The notes under the pieces were generated by a model. That model ran no database searches, had not been told where the DNA came from, and was given only the letters and a program-made list of their open reading frames with translations. A program made the translations under genes and the position numbers. A stretch of 63,623 nucleotides of DNA, filler included, from a bacterium (lineage in GTDB: Bacteria > UBA9089 > CG2-30-40-21 > SBAY01), in the NCBI GenBank assembly GCA_040757115.1. It is 5 parts of 5 records of this genome, joined end to end, with 100 filler letters (N's around TTAATTAATTAA, not from the genome) between each part and the next. Parts side by side here need not be neighbours in the genome. Positions count along the whole stretch, not along the records: positions 1 to 12,722 come from JBFLYA010000111.1; 4 more parts are not named here. One strand, written 5' to 3'. The first letter of the stretch is position 1; every line of letters begins with the position of its first letter. Of the stretch, positions 1 through 8,396 are shown piece after piece.

Positions 1-117
1 ATATTTAAAAAATTCACTTGTATCCGAACATACTATTTTTGTGCCTTTTTAGGGATATAAGTCAAGAAAAATATTTTTAAAAAAACTTAATTTTTTACTT
101 GACATTTCACCATAAGA
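1..117 (-). mobile_element. Terminus of a multicopy IS-like element (second copy at 50875-50995)
   Basis: Reverse complement of 1-117 matches 50875-50991. Both copies run to a sequence end and both begin right after ACAAAG of another repeat family. Confidence 0.6.
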
Positions 118-236
118 CTTTGTGCCCTGTAGGGGCATGAGCGTTCTCCTGAAAATAGGCTGAAGACTGAAGGCTGAAGGCTGAAGATTTTTTATCCTAT
201 GTCCTTCAGCCTTCAGCCTATAGCCTATTTTCATCG
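118..236 (-). repeat. Family-E repeat (GATGAAAATA-[heptamer hairpin]-TATTTTCAGGAGAA) plus the start of a second unit
   Basis: GCTGAAG/CTTCAGC heptamer arms lie between TTCTCCTGAAAATA and TATTTTCATC; the same frame occurs at 26898-27007 and 39608-39743. Confidence 0.65.
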
Positions 237-307
237 CTCTGTCCTCCACAGGTTAATATTCATCCCCCAAAATGCCTGACGGATTACAAATCCAAAATTC
301 TTCATTC

Positions 308-1588
308 TTAGTTTCTTCCAATTGCCTTTTGTAATCTTGCCCAGGCTAAATTGTAATCATACAGTGCCTGGTAATAATTAGTCTTTGCTTGCGTTAGTAA
401 GGTTTGAGCATCTAAGACATCTGTGGTCGTCGCCATTCCTTCTTTGTACATCTCTTCAGTAATACGCAGATTTTCTTCTGCCTGTCCGATAGACTTCCGG
501 GCAACTCCGATATTCTTTTCTGCCTCTTCTAAACTAAGGCAGGTCTGTCTAACCTCCAGTAAGATTCTATCTTTTAGTAAAAGTAACTGCTCCTCTACAC
601 CTGCCATTTCAGCCTCAGCCTGTTTAACCCTCGAATCTCTTGCCTTCCAATCCCAGAGGTTAAAATTTAAACAAATCCCTGCCATCCATGTTTTTTCCCA
701 TTCATCAATTGGTGTCTTTTGTCCCTTTTGATAGTCATAATTTCCTATTAGATTAACTGATGGATAATAGTCGCTTCTGGCTATCTTCACTTTTTGCTTC
801 AGAATCTCAATGTTAGCCTTTAATTGCTTTAATTCCGGACGCATCTCTTGAGCTTCCTTGAGACATTCATTCAGGTTTATAATCTGTGGCCTAAGCTCCA
901 GGATGTCAATAACTTCAACTGGAGTGTTCTGGTCCTGAGCCAGTACCTGGTTAAATGAAACTTTAGCCAGATTAACCCTATTTTCTGCCTGAACCAGATT
1001 TTGCTGGACATTAGCTAACTGCACCTCTGTCTTCAAGACATCTACTTTAGCCACCATGCCAGCATCATAGAAGTTGGTAACTACTTTCAGGTGAGATTCT
1101 ACTTGTTTAACTGTCTCCTGAGCGATTTGCTGAAATTTTAATGCCTTTAAGATACCCAAATAAGCACTTTTTACTTCTAATATTAATTCGTTTTTTACCT
1201 TTTTATATTCATATTGAGTTGATTCATAGTTATCTTTAGCAAGTTCATAGTTAGAAGAGATTTTGCCGCCGGTAAACAAGGGTTGCTGAATTACACCTTT
1301 AGCCTCATAAATTTCATCATCACTCATAGCCATTGATAGACCCTGAAAATCTACCGTGGTAGCTTCATTTAATCTTGTATAACTTGACTCTAATTTTAGT
1401 GTTGGATAAAAGCCTGTTTTAACCTCCAAGATACCTTCTTTTGATAGAATTACCTTTTTTGAGGCGGCACGCAGACTATGATTATTACTGATAGCCAACT
1501 CAATGCTTCTCTCCAAATTTAGTGGCTCTGACCAGGCTTCAGAAACTACACAAACAACTATAACAAACATAACTCCAAAAATTCTCAT
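308..1588 (-). CDS. TolC-family outer-membrane efflux protein
   Basis: Signal peptide plus two OEP-like halves ending G.ATTTDVLDAQ...LQKAIG. Start placed at 1588 (MRIFG), which overlaps the upstream TetR stop as ATGA. Confidence 0.85.
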   Translation of the reverse strand: MRIFGVMFVIVVCVVSEAWSEPLNLERSIELAISNNHSLRAASKKVILSKEGILEVKTGFYPTLKLESSYTRLNEATTVDFQGLSMAMSDDEIYEAKGVIQQPLFTGGKISSNYELAKDNYESTQYEYKKVKNELILEVKSAYLGILKALKFQQIAQETVKQVESHLKVVTNFYDAGMVAKVDVLKTEVQLANVQQNLVQAENRVNLAKVSFNQVLAQDQNTPVEVIDILELRPQIINLNECLKEAQEMRPELKQLKANIEILKQKVKIARSDYYPSVNLIGNYDYQKGQKTPIDEWEKTWMAGICLNFNLWDWKARDSRVKQAEAEMAGVEEQLLLLKDRILLEVRQTCLSLEEAEKNIGVARKSIGQAEENLRITEEMYKEGMATTTDVLDAQTLLTQAKTNYYQALYDYNLAWARLQKAIGRN

Positions 1589-1834
1589 TTTTTTACTACC
1601 CCCTTTAACCATATTTCTAAAATAGTATCCAACTCATTAGTGAGTGGATACTTCTCGTCGTTTATCAACCATTTGTAGATTATCGCATTAGATAGTCCAA
1701 TCAAGGCAATCTCATCTACATCTGCTTTATAGTATCCATCCCTTGAAAAAAACAGTCATAGCTGATTGTAGTATTTGTTCATTCTTCTCCTGCCTTTTTG
1801 ATTCCCTTTTTGCGGCAGATATTTGATGTTTCAT
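1585..1834 (-). pseudogene. TetR-family regulator, frameshifted and internally deleted
   Basis: Reads MKHQ...EQILQSAMTVF / SRDGYYKADVDEIA (TetR helix 1-2) with a +1 shift in a T7 run, then joins directly to a C-terminal LIGLSNAIIYKW...IWLKGVVKK*. Confidence 0.7.
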
Positions 1835-1853
1835 AAGTTATCCCTTTGCACAA

Positions 1854-1875
1854 AGAATACGGACTTGTCCGTTCT
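1854..1875. promoter_or_regulatory. Palindromic putative TetR operator
   Basis: AGAAtACGGAC-tt-GTCCGTTCT dyad just upstream of the TetR start codon. Confidence 0.5.
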
Positions 1876-1919
1876 ATTTTAACAATACCATAATTATCTC
1901 AAATCGTCAATAAAAATTT

Positions 1920-2066
1920 TGACCTGTGCAATTAGAAATAAAAGGATAATATTTTTGGGACGCTGTCCCCAAGCCCCTGCTGGGGGTTTTGGGGAACGCG
2001 TTCCCCCAATGGGGTCTGGGACAAAACCCCAGAACATCTTCCTTAATTTTCTACCTGCACAGGTGG
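1920..2066. mobile_element. MITE family B (ends ACCTGTGCAATTAG ... CTACCTGCACAGGT) with GC-rich palindromic cargo
   Basis: About 29-bp left and 26-bp right ends are shared with 61592-61769, but the interior is different. Confidence 0.7.
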
Positions 2067-2109
2067 AAATTTTTGTTGACTTTTGAATGATTTTGGCGTA
2101 TCATAAATT

Positions 2110-2271
2110 GTAACCGTTCAGGATATAGCCACAGAGCCACAGAGAACACAGAGGGAATATATAATCACGAATGAATCCCGTTAGATGTTCTACTATCTAA
2201 CGAGGTGAACCCAAATCTCCCTGAACAACAAAAAGATTTGGTAATACAATTTATGAAAGTGCAGCGGTTAC
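2110..2271. mobile_element. MITE family A (GTAACCGTTCA ends) carrying a small CCCGTTAG..CTAACG palindromic insert
   Basis: First ~65 bp match 59026 onward. The 30-bp insert (2176-2205) is flanked by a TGAA duplication. Confidence 0.65.
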
Positions 2272-2289
2272 AAAGAGGATAACTTAAAG

Positions 2290-3138
2290 ATGCCAGAATT
2301 ACCTGAGGTAGAAACTATTGTTCGTGGATTACAACAACAGATTATTGGCCAAAAAATTATTAAGGTAAGTGTCCATCTGCCTAAAATTATCAAGCAGGAA
2401 ACAAAGGAGTTTGCCTCACAACTAAAGGATACACAGATACAGGGCATCAGTCGTCGGGGCAAGATGATTATCATTACTCTTTCAAATAACCTCAGTCTGG
2501 TTATTCATCTTAAACTTAGTGGTCAAATTGTTTATACTTCACCCCGGTCACCAATGGCAAATCATACCCACCTTGTTATTGAACTATCTGGTGGTAATCA
2601 ATTACGATATATAGACCTGCGTCAGTTTGGTTATGTTATCTTAACCAAAACATCGATATTATCCCAGCTTACGCAATTGGCGGGACTTGGTGATGAGCCG
2701 CTGAAGATTTCATTATCCGATTTCAAAAGATTAATTTCTACGAAAAAGGGGCGGATAAAGTCGTTATTACTTAATCAATCATTTCTGGCTGGAATTGGCA
2801 ATATTTATGCAGATGAATCCTTACATCTGGCACGGATTCATCCCCTTCAATTAGCCTCAACATTGACTCAATCGCAAATAAAAATACTTTATCAATCTAT
2901 CAGGAATGTCTTAACCGCGGCGATTCTGTATCGAGGTTCAAGTATCAGCAACTATGTTGATTCAAGTGGTCAGGAAGGCGGTTATCAGAGATTCCATCGG
3001 GTTTATCAACGGGAAGGGCAAATGTGCGTTACCTGTCAGGAAAAGATATCGCGAATAAAAATAGGCGGTCGCTCAAGCTATTTTTGCCCGCATTGCCAAA
3101 AACTGAACTTTCGTATGAATATGGATAAACACAGATGA
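2290..3138 (+). CDS. mutM: Formamidopyrimidine-DNA glycosylase
   Basis: N-terminal MPELPEVET, RRGK, H2TH motif GIGNIYADE, C-terminal CxxC...GRSSYFCPHCQ zinc finger. Confidence 0.95.
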   Translation: MPELPEVETIVRGLQQQIIGQKIIKVSVHLPKIIKQETKEFASQLKDTQIQGISRRGKMIIITLSNNLSLVIHLKLSGQIVYTSPRSPMANHTHLVIELSGGNQLRYIDLRQFGYVILTKTSILSQLTQLAGLGDEPLKISLSDFKRLISTKKGRIKSLLLNQSFLAGIGNIYADESLHLARIHPLQLASTLTQSQIKILYQSIRNVLTAAILYRGSSISNYVDSSGQEGGYQRFHRVYQREGQMCVTCQEKISRIKIGGRSSYFCPHCQKLNFRMNMDKHR

Positions 3139-3178
3139 ATTCTATGCACAAATAATCGAATTTTGGGATAAAATTTTG

Positions 3179-3207
3179 TTGACATGAGTTAAAATTTGTG
3201 ATAAAAT
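3179..3207 (+). promoter_or_regulatory. Sigma70-type promoter for tRNA-Thr
   Basis: TTGACA-17 nt-TAAAAT with an extended TG. Confidence 0.55.
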
Positions 3208-3226
3208 GTCCTCAGATTCACTTAAA

Positions 3227-3301
3227 GCCGGTGTAGCTCAGGGGCAGAGCGGCTGATTCGTAATCAGTAGGTCGGAGGTTCAATTCCTCTCGCCGGCTCC
3301 A
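3227..3301 (+). tRNA. tRNA-Thr (anticodon CGT)
   Basis: GCCGGTG/CGCCGGC acceptor stem, anticodon arm CTGAT-TCGTAA-TCAG, GGTTCAATTCC T-loop, encoded CCA. Confidence 0.95.
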
Positions 3302-3446
3302 AAGTAAATGGGAAGCGGGAAGTAGGAAAAAAATAAAACCATAACCAAAATACTTCTCCCTTTTCCATTTCCCATTTTTTCATTTGTTAGACTTCACCTG
3401 AGTAAATAATTACTTACTTTTTAATTAATTAACCGGGAGGGCTATT

Positions 3447-5165
3447 TTGGTCACAAGATCATACCGTGAGAGAATCCTTGTCTTTATTATTATTATTTCC
3501 TTGATTTCTTTTTTTCTGATTATCCGATTATTTTATATCCAGCTTGTCCAATCCAGGAAAATGAGTGGATTGGCAAAAGGTGAACATACTAAAATCTTAC
3601 AAATCGAATTAGCCAGAGGAACTATATTTGATTGCAACCTGCAAGAATTAGCCATGAGTATTGAGGTAGATTCAATCTATAGTCAACCAAACCGAATCGA
3701 AAGACCATACAAAACCGCAATTCAACTATCAAATATCTTAGGAATGAACCCAACCACTCTCTATAAAAAATTAACTCATAATTCATCTTTTGTCTGGTTA
3801 AAAAGGAAGGTAGAGAAAAAACAATCACAAAAGATAAGAGAATTAAATATTAAGGGAATAGATTTCTTGAAAGAGTATAAACGCTTTTATCCTAAAAATC
3901 ATTTAGGGGCTCATCTCATAGGTTTTGTTGGATTAGATAATGAAGGATTAGAAGGAATTGAATCAATCTATGATAAATATTTAAAAGCAGGAATTAATCG
4001 TCTGGTAGTTCTGAAAGATGGAGAGGGTAGAACTATTTTATGCCCACAAAATAATCCACTTGTAAAAAAGGCATCAAATGGAAATGATATTATTCTTACC
4101 ATAGATGAAATTATTCAACATCACGCTGAAGCAGAGCTGAAAAATATCTGTGAGGAGCAGAAGGCTAAATCTGGTTCAATAATTGTTATGGTCCCAAAGA
4201 CTGGAGAGATATTAGCCTGGGCTATTTATCCTTTTTATAATCCTAATTGTTTTTCTCAATTTCCATCTCATCAATACAGGAATACAATTGTTACGGATAT
4301 TTTTGAGCCTGGTTCTACTTTCAAGATATTTTCTGCCATTGCTTTACTCAAAGAAGGATTAATTCCATCTGAAAAAACATATTTTTGCCCGGGACATATC
4401 CAGATAGGGAATAAAACTATTCACTGCCATCATCCACATGGAACTCAAAATCTGGAAGGGATTATCGCCAATTCCTGTAATGTCGGAATGGCACAATGTA
4501 TTCACCGGCTAAGTGACAGAAAATTTTATTCACATATTTTAGAATTCGGTTTTAATGAGTCGACTAAAATTGGACTTTCTGGAGAAGAAAAAGGGTTATT
4601 ACCTAAACCTAAAGATTGGTCCAGACTGTCTAAATATACAATAGCTATTGGACAGGGAATCTCAGTTACTCCATTGCAATTAATTATGGCCGTCGGGGCG
4701 ATTGCTAATAATGGCGTTTTAATGAAACCAATCGTTATAAAGGCAATTAAAACTCCGCAAGGAAAAATAATCAAGGAATTTAAACCCACGCCGGTAAGAC
4801 AGGTTGTTCCTTTAGAATTAATTCCACAAATAAATAAGATGTTGACAAAGGTTGTAACTGATGGCACCGGGGAATCAGCCCAAATTAATGGCTATGAGAT
4901 TGCCGGGAAAACCGCCACGGCTCAGAAGGTCGATGCAAATGGCAAGTATAGTCCTGATAAATTTATTGCCTCTTTTATTGGTTACCTGCCCGCAGATGAC
5001 CCCAAAGTAATTATTTTGGTCATTGTAGATGAACCAAAAGGCACATATTGGGGAGGAACAATTGCCGCACCCACATTTAAAAAAGTGGCAAAAAGAATCA
5101 TATCCTATATGGGAATCCTTCCGACTAAACCATTAGCAGAGGAACAAAGTCAGCACAAAGGATAA
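3447..5165 (+). CDS. Class B penicillin-binding protein (FtsI/PBP3-like)
   Basis: N-terminal TM, RGTIFD, dimerisation domain, EPGSTFK (SxxK), SCN (SxN), KT(A)T motif. Confidence 0.9.
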   Translation: MVTRSYRERILVFIIIISLISFFLIIRLFYIQLVQSRKMSGLAKGEHTKILQIELARGTIFDCNLQELAMSIEVDSIYSQPNRIERPYKTAIQLSNILGMNPTTLYKKLTHNSSFVWLKRKVEKKQSQKIRELNIKGIDFLKEYKRFYPKNHLGAHLIGFVGLDNEGLEGIESIYDKYLKAGINRLVVLKDGEGRTILCPQNNPLVKKASNGNDIILTIDEIIQHHAEAELKNICEEQKAKSGSIIVMVPKTGEILAWAIYPFYNPNCFSQFPSHQYRNTIVTDIFEPGSTFKIFSAIALLKEGLIPSEKTYFCPGHIQIGNKTIHCHHPHGTQNLEGIIANSCNVGMAQCIHRLSDRKFYSHILEFGFNESTKIGLSGEEKGLLPKPKDWSRLSKYTIAIGQGISVTPLQLIMAVGAIANNGVLMKPIVIKAIKTPQGKIIKEFKPTPVRQVVPLELIPQINKMLTKVVTDGTGESAQINGYEIAGKTATAQKVDANGKYSPDKFIASFIGYLPADDPKVIILVIVDEPKGTYWGGTIAAPTFKKVAKRIISYMGILPTKPLAEEQSQHKG

Positions 5166-5172
5166 TGGCAAT

Positions 5173-5402
5173 TATAGTGGTTATTAGTCAAAACTTTACT
5201 CAGAGTGGATAAGTAAAAATCCCAAATCCCAAGCACCAAATCCCACATACCAAAAAGCGAATTAGAGATTAGTGAATTAGAGATTAGATTTTACTAATTC
5301 GCTAATTCGCTTAATTCACTAATTCACTAAATGGAATTTGAAATTTGGAATTTGGAATTTCAGAGCTATATCTATGTCAAATTTTGACTAATAAGTGCTA
5401 TA
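5173..5402. mobile_element. MITE family G (TATAG..TTATTAGTCAAAA TIR) with nested heptamer hairpins
   Basis: Imperfect TIR of ~24 bp with TATA ends; near-identical copy at 35387-35635. Confidence 0.75.
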
Positions 5403-7646
5403 TCCTGCAAATCTGCGTCCTATTTTAAAAACCAGAATAAAAGATGTCAGGTTAAGGAGACCGGAGATAAAACAACACTGAAATATTCCTAAGATAGGGA
5501 TAAATAAAATCGTAGATAAAAGCCCGCCCAGACAGGCTCCAAATAAATCAAACCCATAAATTAATCCAGCTGTTTTGCCAATTCGCTGGAAGTTTTTAAG
5601 GTAAAGTTTATTAGCTAATGGAAATTCTGCACCAACAAAAATGCCTGTAATAATGGTTAAAATCGGAAACAATATCTCAACCGCCATAAAAATACTTGCC
5701 TGACTATTTAGCCTGGAAAGGAGTAAGAATATTAATGGCAGGAGAAATGAATAAAGGAAGATAGAGAACTCTATTCTGGATAAGATGCGTATTCCCTGCT
5801 TATCATTAATCTTATTTAATATTTGATTCATCCATAAGGTGCCAATGACTAACCCAAACATAAATGAGGCAACGATTATCCCAATGCGATGATAAACATA
5901 GCCATACAAAACCTGAAAACCAAAGATTAATATTATCTCTAAGGATAATCCAGCATAGCCGGTGGTCATAATCGCTATGGGTATGGCAGTAATAGGTCTT
6001 TTTTTACAAATAACTAACTGGCTAATGAATAAGATAATTAGTATGCCCAGTATCCAGTTCAGATTTATTTTTGAAAACCAATTAAAGGTTGTCCCCAGGC
6101 GGGTATCAAACTGTGTTGACCAGAATACCATTTCATAAAAATAACCAATAGGATGAAAATCACTATTCACCAACCCCTTGTAATCCTCAATTACCTTTTT
6201 GACAAAGGTTATTCTATCTTGAAGCAGACGATATGGAAAATAATATTCATCGACATAGGTAGTTTGTATGTTTCTCCCGGTAAATCTTCTGGCTAAAGAT
6301 TGCGTATCATAGGTCAAAACCCCTTTTTGGGGGCTGGCAAAAAAGAGTAATTTTTCCCCGGGAGCAATGGTCACCGAAGGGAATACCGCTTTTAATGTTT
6401 TATAGATACAACCATTAAGGTTCTTTAACTCCTGACTAAAATAATTCTCATTTGAACTTATTTTTATTGAAAAGATACCGTCTGGATTTAAGATATTTTT
6501 TATCTCCTTAAAAAATTCTTTTGTGTAGAATCTATTTAACTGAGCAGTCGCGGGGTCTGGCAGGTTGACAATGATTAAATCAAATCTTTTTGTCGCTCTT
6601 TTAACAAATAATCTGCCATCCATAAGATGGACATTGGACTGCTTAAAACTTTGTAAATCTTCTTTTGGTAGATATTTTTTAGATAGTTCTATGACCATCG
6701 GGTCTAATTCAACATAATCAACTTCGGTCTGCGGGTGCTTAAGAATCTCTGTTAATCCGCCAGCAATACCTCCGCCAATGATAAGTATCTGTTTTGGCTC
6801 AGGATGCATCACCATTGGAAAATGAATAAGTTGTTCTGCAGAAACTTTATCTGGTAGCGAAAATATAGGCAGACCACTTTCATAAAAGGTGTATTGATTT
6901 TCTTCACGACTAATCGCAATATTCCCATAGATAGAGTCCTTAGTTATTATTAAATTATATCCCTGCCATTGAAGTTTTTGAGAGAGTTGTTGTAAAAAGT
7001 TAGGCAGACCAGAGAAGATAGTTAGAGTAACTAAAACTAAAAGGAAAAGACAGATAATGGGGAAACGGCGTAGAATCAAAAATCCACTGAGTAAATTAAG
7101 AATAAAAAGGAAGGAAAACATATCAAAGGAATGAAATAAATAGACCAGAACATAAGTGAAAACAATGCCTCCTAAAATATCACCCAGTCCATCGTAGATA
7201 TACACATAACCTATTTGTGGGGCAACCTCTTTTTTTGATACAGTATAGACTTTACAGCCAAGTGTAAATAAAAAGCCAGTTAAAAGACAAAGAGGCAGGA
7301 GCACAAAGAAACAACTTATCAGCATTGGGAAAAATCCAATCATTACCCCGGGCACAATGCCCAAAATATGCCGAATATCTCTTACCAGGAATATTTCCAG
7401 GGCAATGATTAGAGGAAAGAGTATTTGAAGAATAGCAAAGAGTTGTGCAGATTTTTTTAATCTATCTACCAGGCGACCGATAAGTGAACTGCCAATAGCC
7501 GTCCAGAATAACCAACCGGCTATTGTTATTCCAAATGATAGTTCATTGCCGTAAAATACGACGGCTAACTCCCGCATCAATAGTATCTGAGCCAGCGTAG
7601 AAGTAAAACCTATTAATATTAAGGCGAATATTAAATATTTCTTCAT
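5388..7646 (-). CDS. Membrane-bound spermidine-synthase-like protein (fused TM + SAM-binding domain)
   Basis: Multiple TM helices flank ILIIGGG...VELDP...DGR...DLIIVNLPDP...NRFYTKEFF. Likely start MKKY; the stop lies inside MITE G. Confidence 0.8.
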   Translation of the reverse strand: MKKYLIFALILIGFTSTLAQILLMRELAVVFYGNELSFGITIAGWLFWTAIGSSLIGRLVDRLKKSAQLFAILQILFPLIIALEIFLVRDIRHILGIVPGVMIGFFPMLISCFFVLLPLCLLTGFLFTLGCKVYTVSKKEVAPQIGYVYIYDGLGDILGGIVFTYVLVYLFHSFDMFSFLFILNLLSGFLILRRFPIICLFLLVLVTLTIFSGLPNFLQQLSQKLQWQGYNLIITKDSIYGNIAISREENQYTFYESGLPIFSLPDKVSAEQLIHFPMVMHPEPKQILIIGGGIAGGLTEILKHPQTEVDYVELDPMVIELSKKYLPKEDLQSFKQSNVHLMDGRLFVKRATKRFDLIIVNLPDPATAQLNRFYTKEFFKEIKNILNPDGIFSIKISSNENYFSQELKNLNGCIYKTLKAVFPSVTIAPGEKLLFFASPQKGVLTYDTQSLARRFTGRNIQTTYVDEYYFPYRLLQDRITFVKKVIEDYKGLVNSDFHPIGYFYEMVFWSTQFDTRLGTTFNWFSKINLNWILGILIILFISQLVICKKRPITAIPIAIMTTGYAGLSLEIILIFGFQVLYGYVYHRIGIIVASFMFGLVIGTLWMNQILNKINDKQGIRILSRIEFSIFLYSFLLPLIFLLLSRLNSQASIFMAVEILFPILTIITGIFVGAEFPLANKLYLKNFQRIGKTAGLIYGFDLFGACLGGLLSTILFIPILGIFQCCFISGLLNLTSFILVFKIGRRFAGYSTY

Positions 7647-7828
7647 TATCCCTCCAAATTTATTTGGTAACTGGTAAAATGGCAATTGAAAACTGAGCCA
7701 TTTCTGACAATTGAAAATTGACCCATTTTATTAGAAAAACTGGATTGTTTCACAATACCAGTCTTATTCCTATTATTATCCATTATACTAAAAAATCTCG
7801 GTTTTTGCAACATTATTTAATTGTAAGC

Positions 7829-8134
7829 CTGTGATTCAGACACTGGACATCAGACACAAGACTATAGACTCTATTTATGCAGGAAATTAGTGACATTTGG
7901 AAAACCATCCTCAAAACTTCACTCCCTGAATTTTTCCTGAGCATTACCTATGTCAGTGACAGTGTCAGTGTCAGTGAAGAAACTCTTTCAACTCATCCAA
8001 CACTTCCAACTCTTTCTACTCTTTCAAGTCTTCCAGCAGAAGTATAGGCAGGTCTCCCAAGCCTTCATTCTTCTGCAATTTCTGCCCGCTTTAGTCTGAG
8101 GTCTGATGTCTATGGTCTACTGTCTGAATTGCAG
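7829..8134. mobile_element. MITE (TIR CTGYRATTCAGACA) with 10-bp TSD, inserted into the end of a family-A element
   Basis: AATTGTAAGC is duplicated at 7819-7828 and 8135-8144; CAGACA(C/T)-type heptamer arms; nested inner repeat. Confidence 0.7.
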
Positions 8135-8261
8135 AATTGTAAGCGTTCAGGTAATCCTTTACCGCAGAGACGTAGAGAAACAGAGAGGAAAATATCTTTT
8201 TTTCGCGTTTTTCGGTGTTTAAGAAGGATTAAAAACCTATTTCACAGGTTGAAAAATTTTG

Positions 8262-8290
8262 TTGACATAGCCACAAATCTGTAGTATAAT
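8262..8290 (+). promoter_or_regulatory. Consensus sigma70 promoter for the SNF2 operon
   Basis: TTGACA-17 nt-TATAAT. Confidence 0.65.
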
Positions 8291-8396
8291 TATTTTCAAT
8301 GTCTCATAAGGAACAAATAAAGGCGATATTGCACGAGCTGTTATAGAAATAACAGATAGAGAATTAAAGTCTTTAAGAGACACTGGGAGGGAAAAA

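Noticed and set aside
49-249. 66-aa ORF sharing its C-terminus with LivG
   Set aside because: Translation of repeat and IS-end DNA present at both places; not a real gene.
3227-3301. tRNA-Thr as an integration site
   Set aside because: No duplicated tRNA 3' end or adjacent integrase; it is followed by a housekeeping PBP gene.
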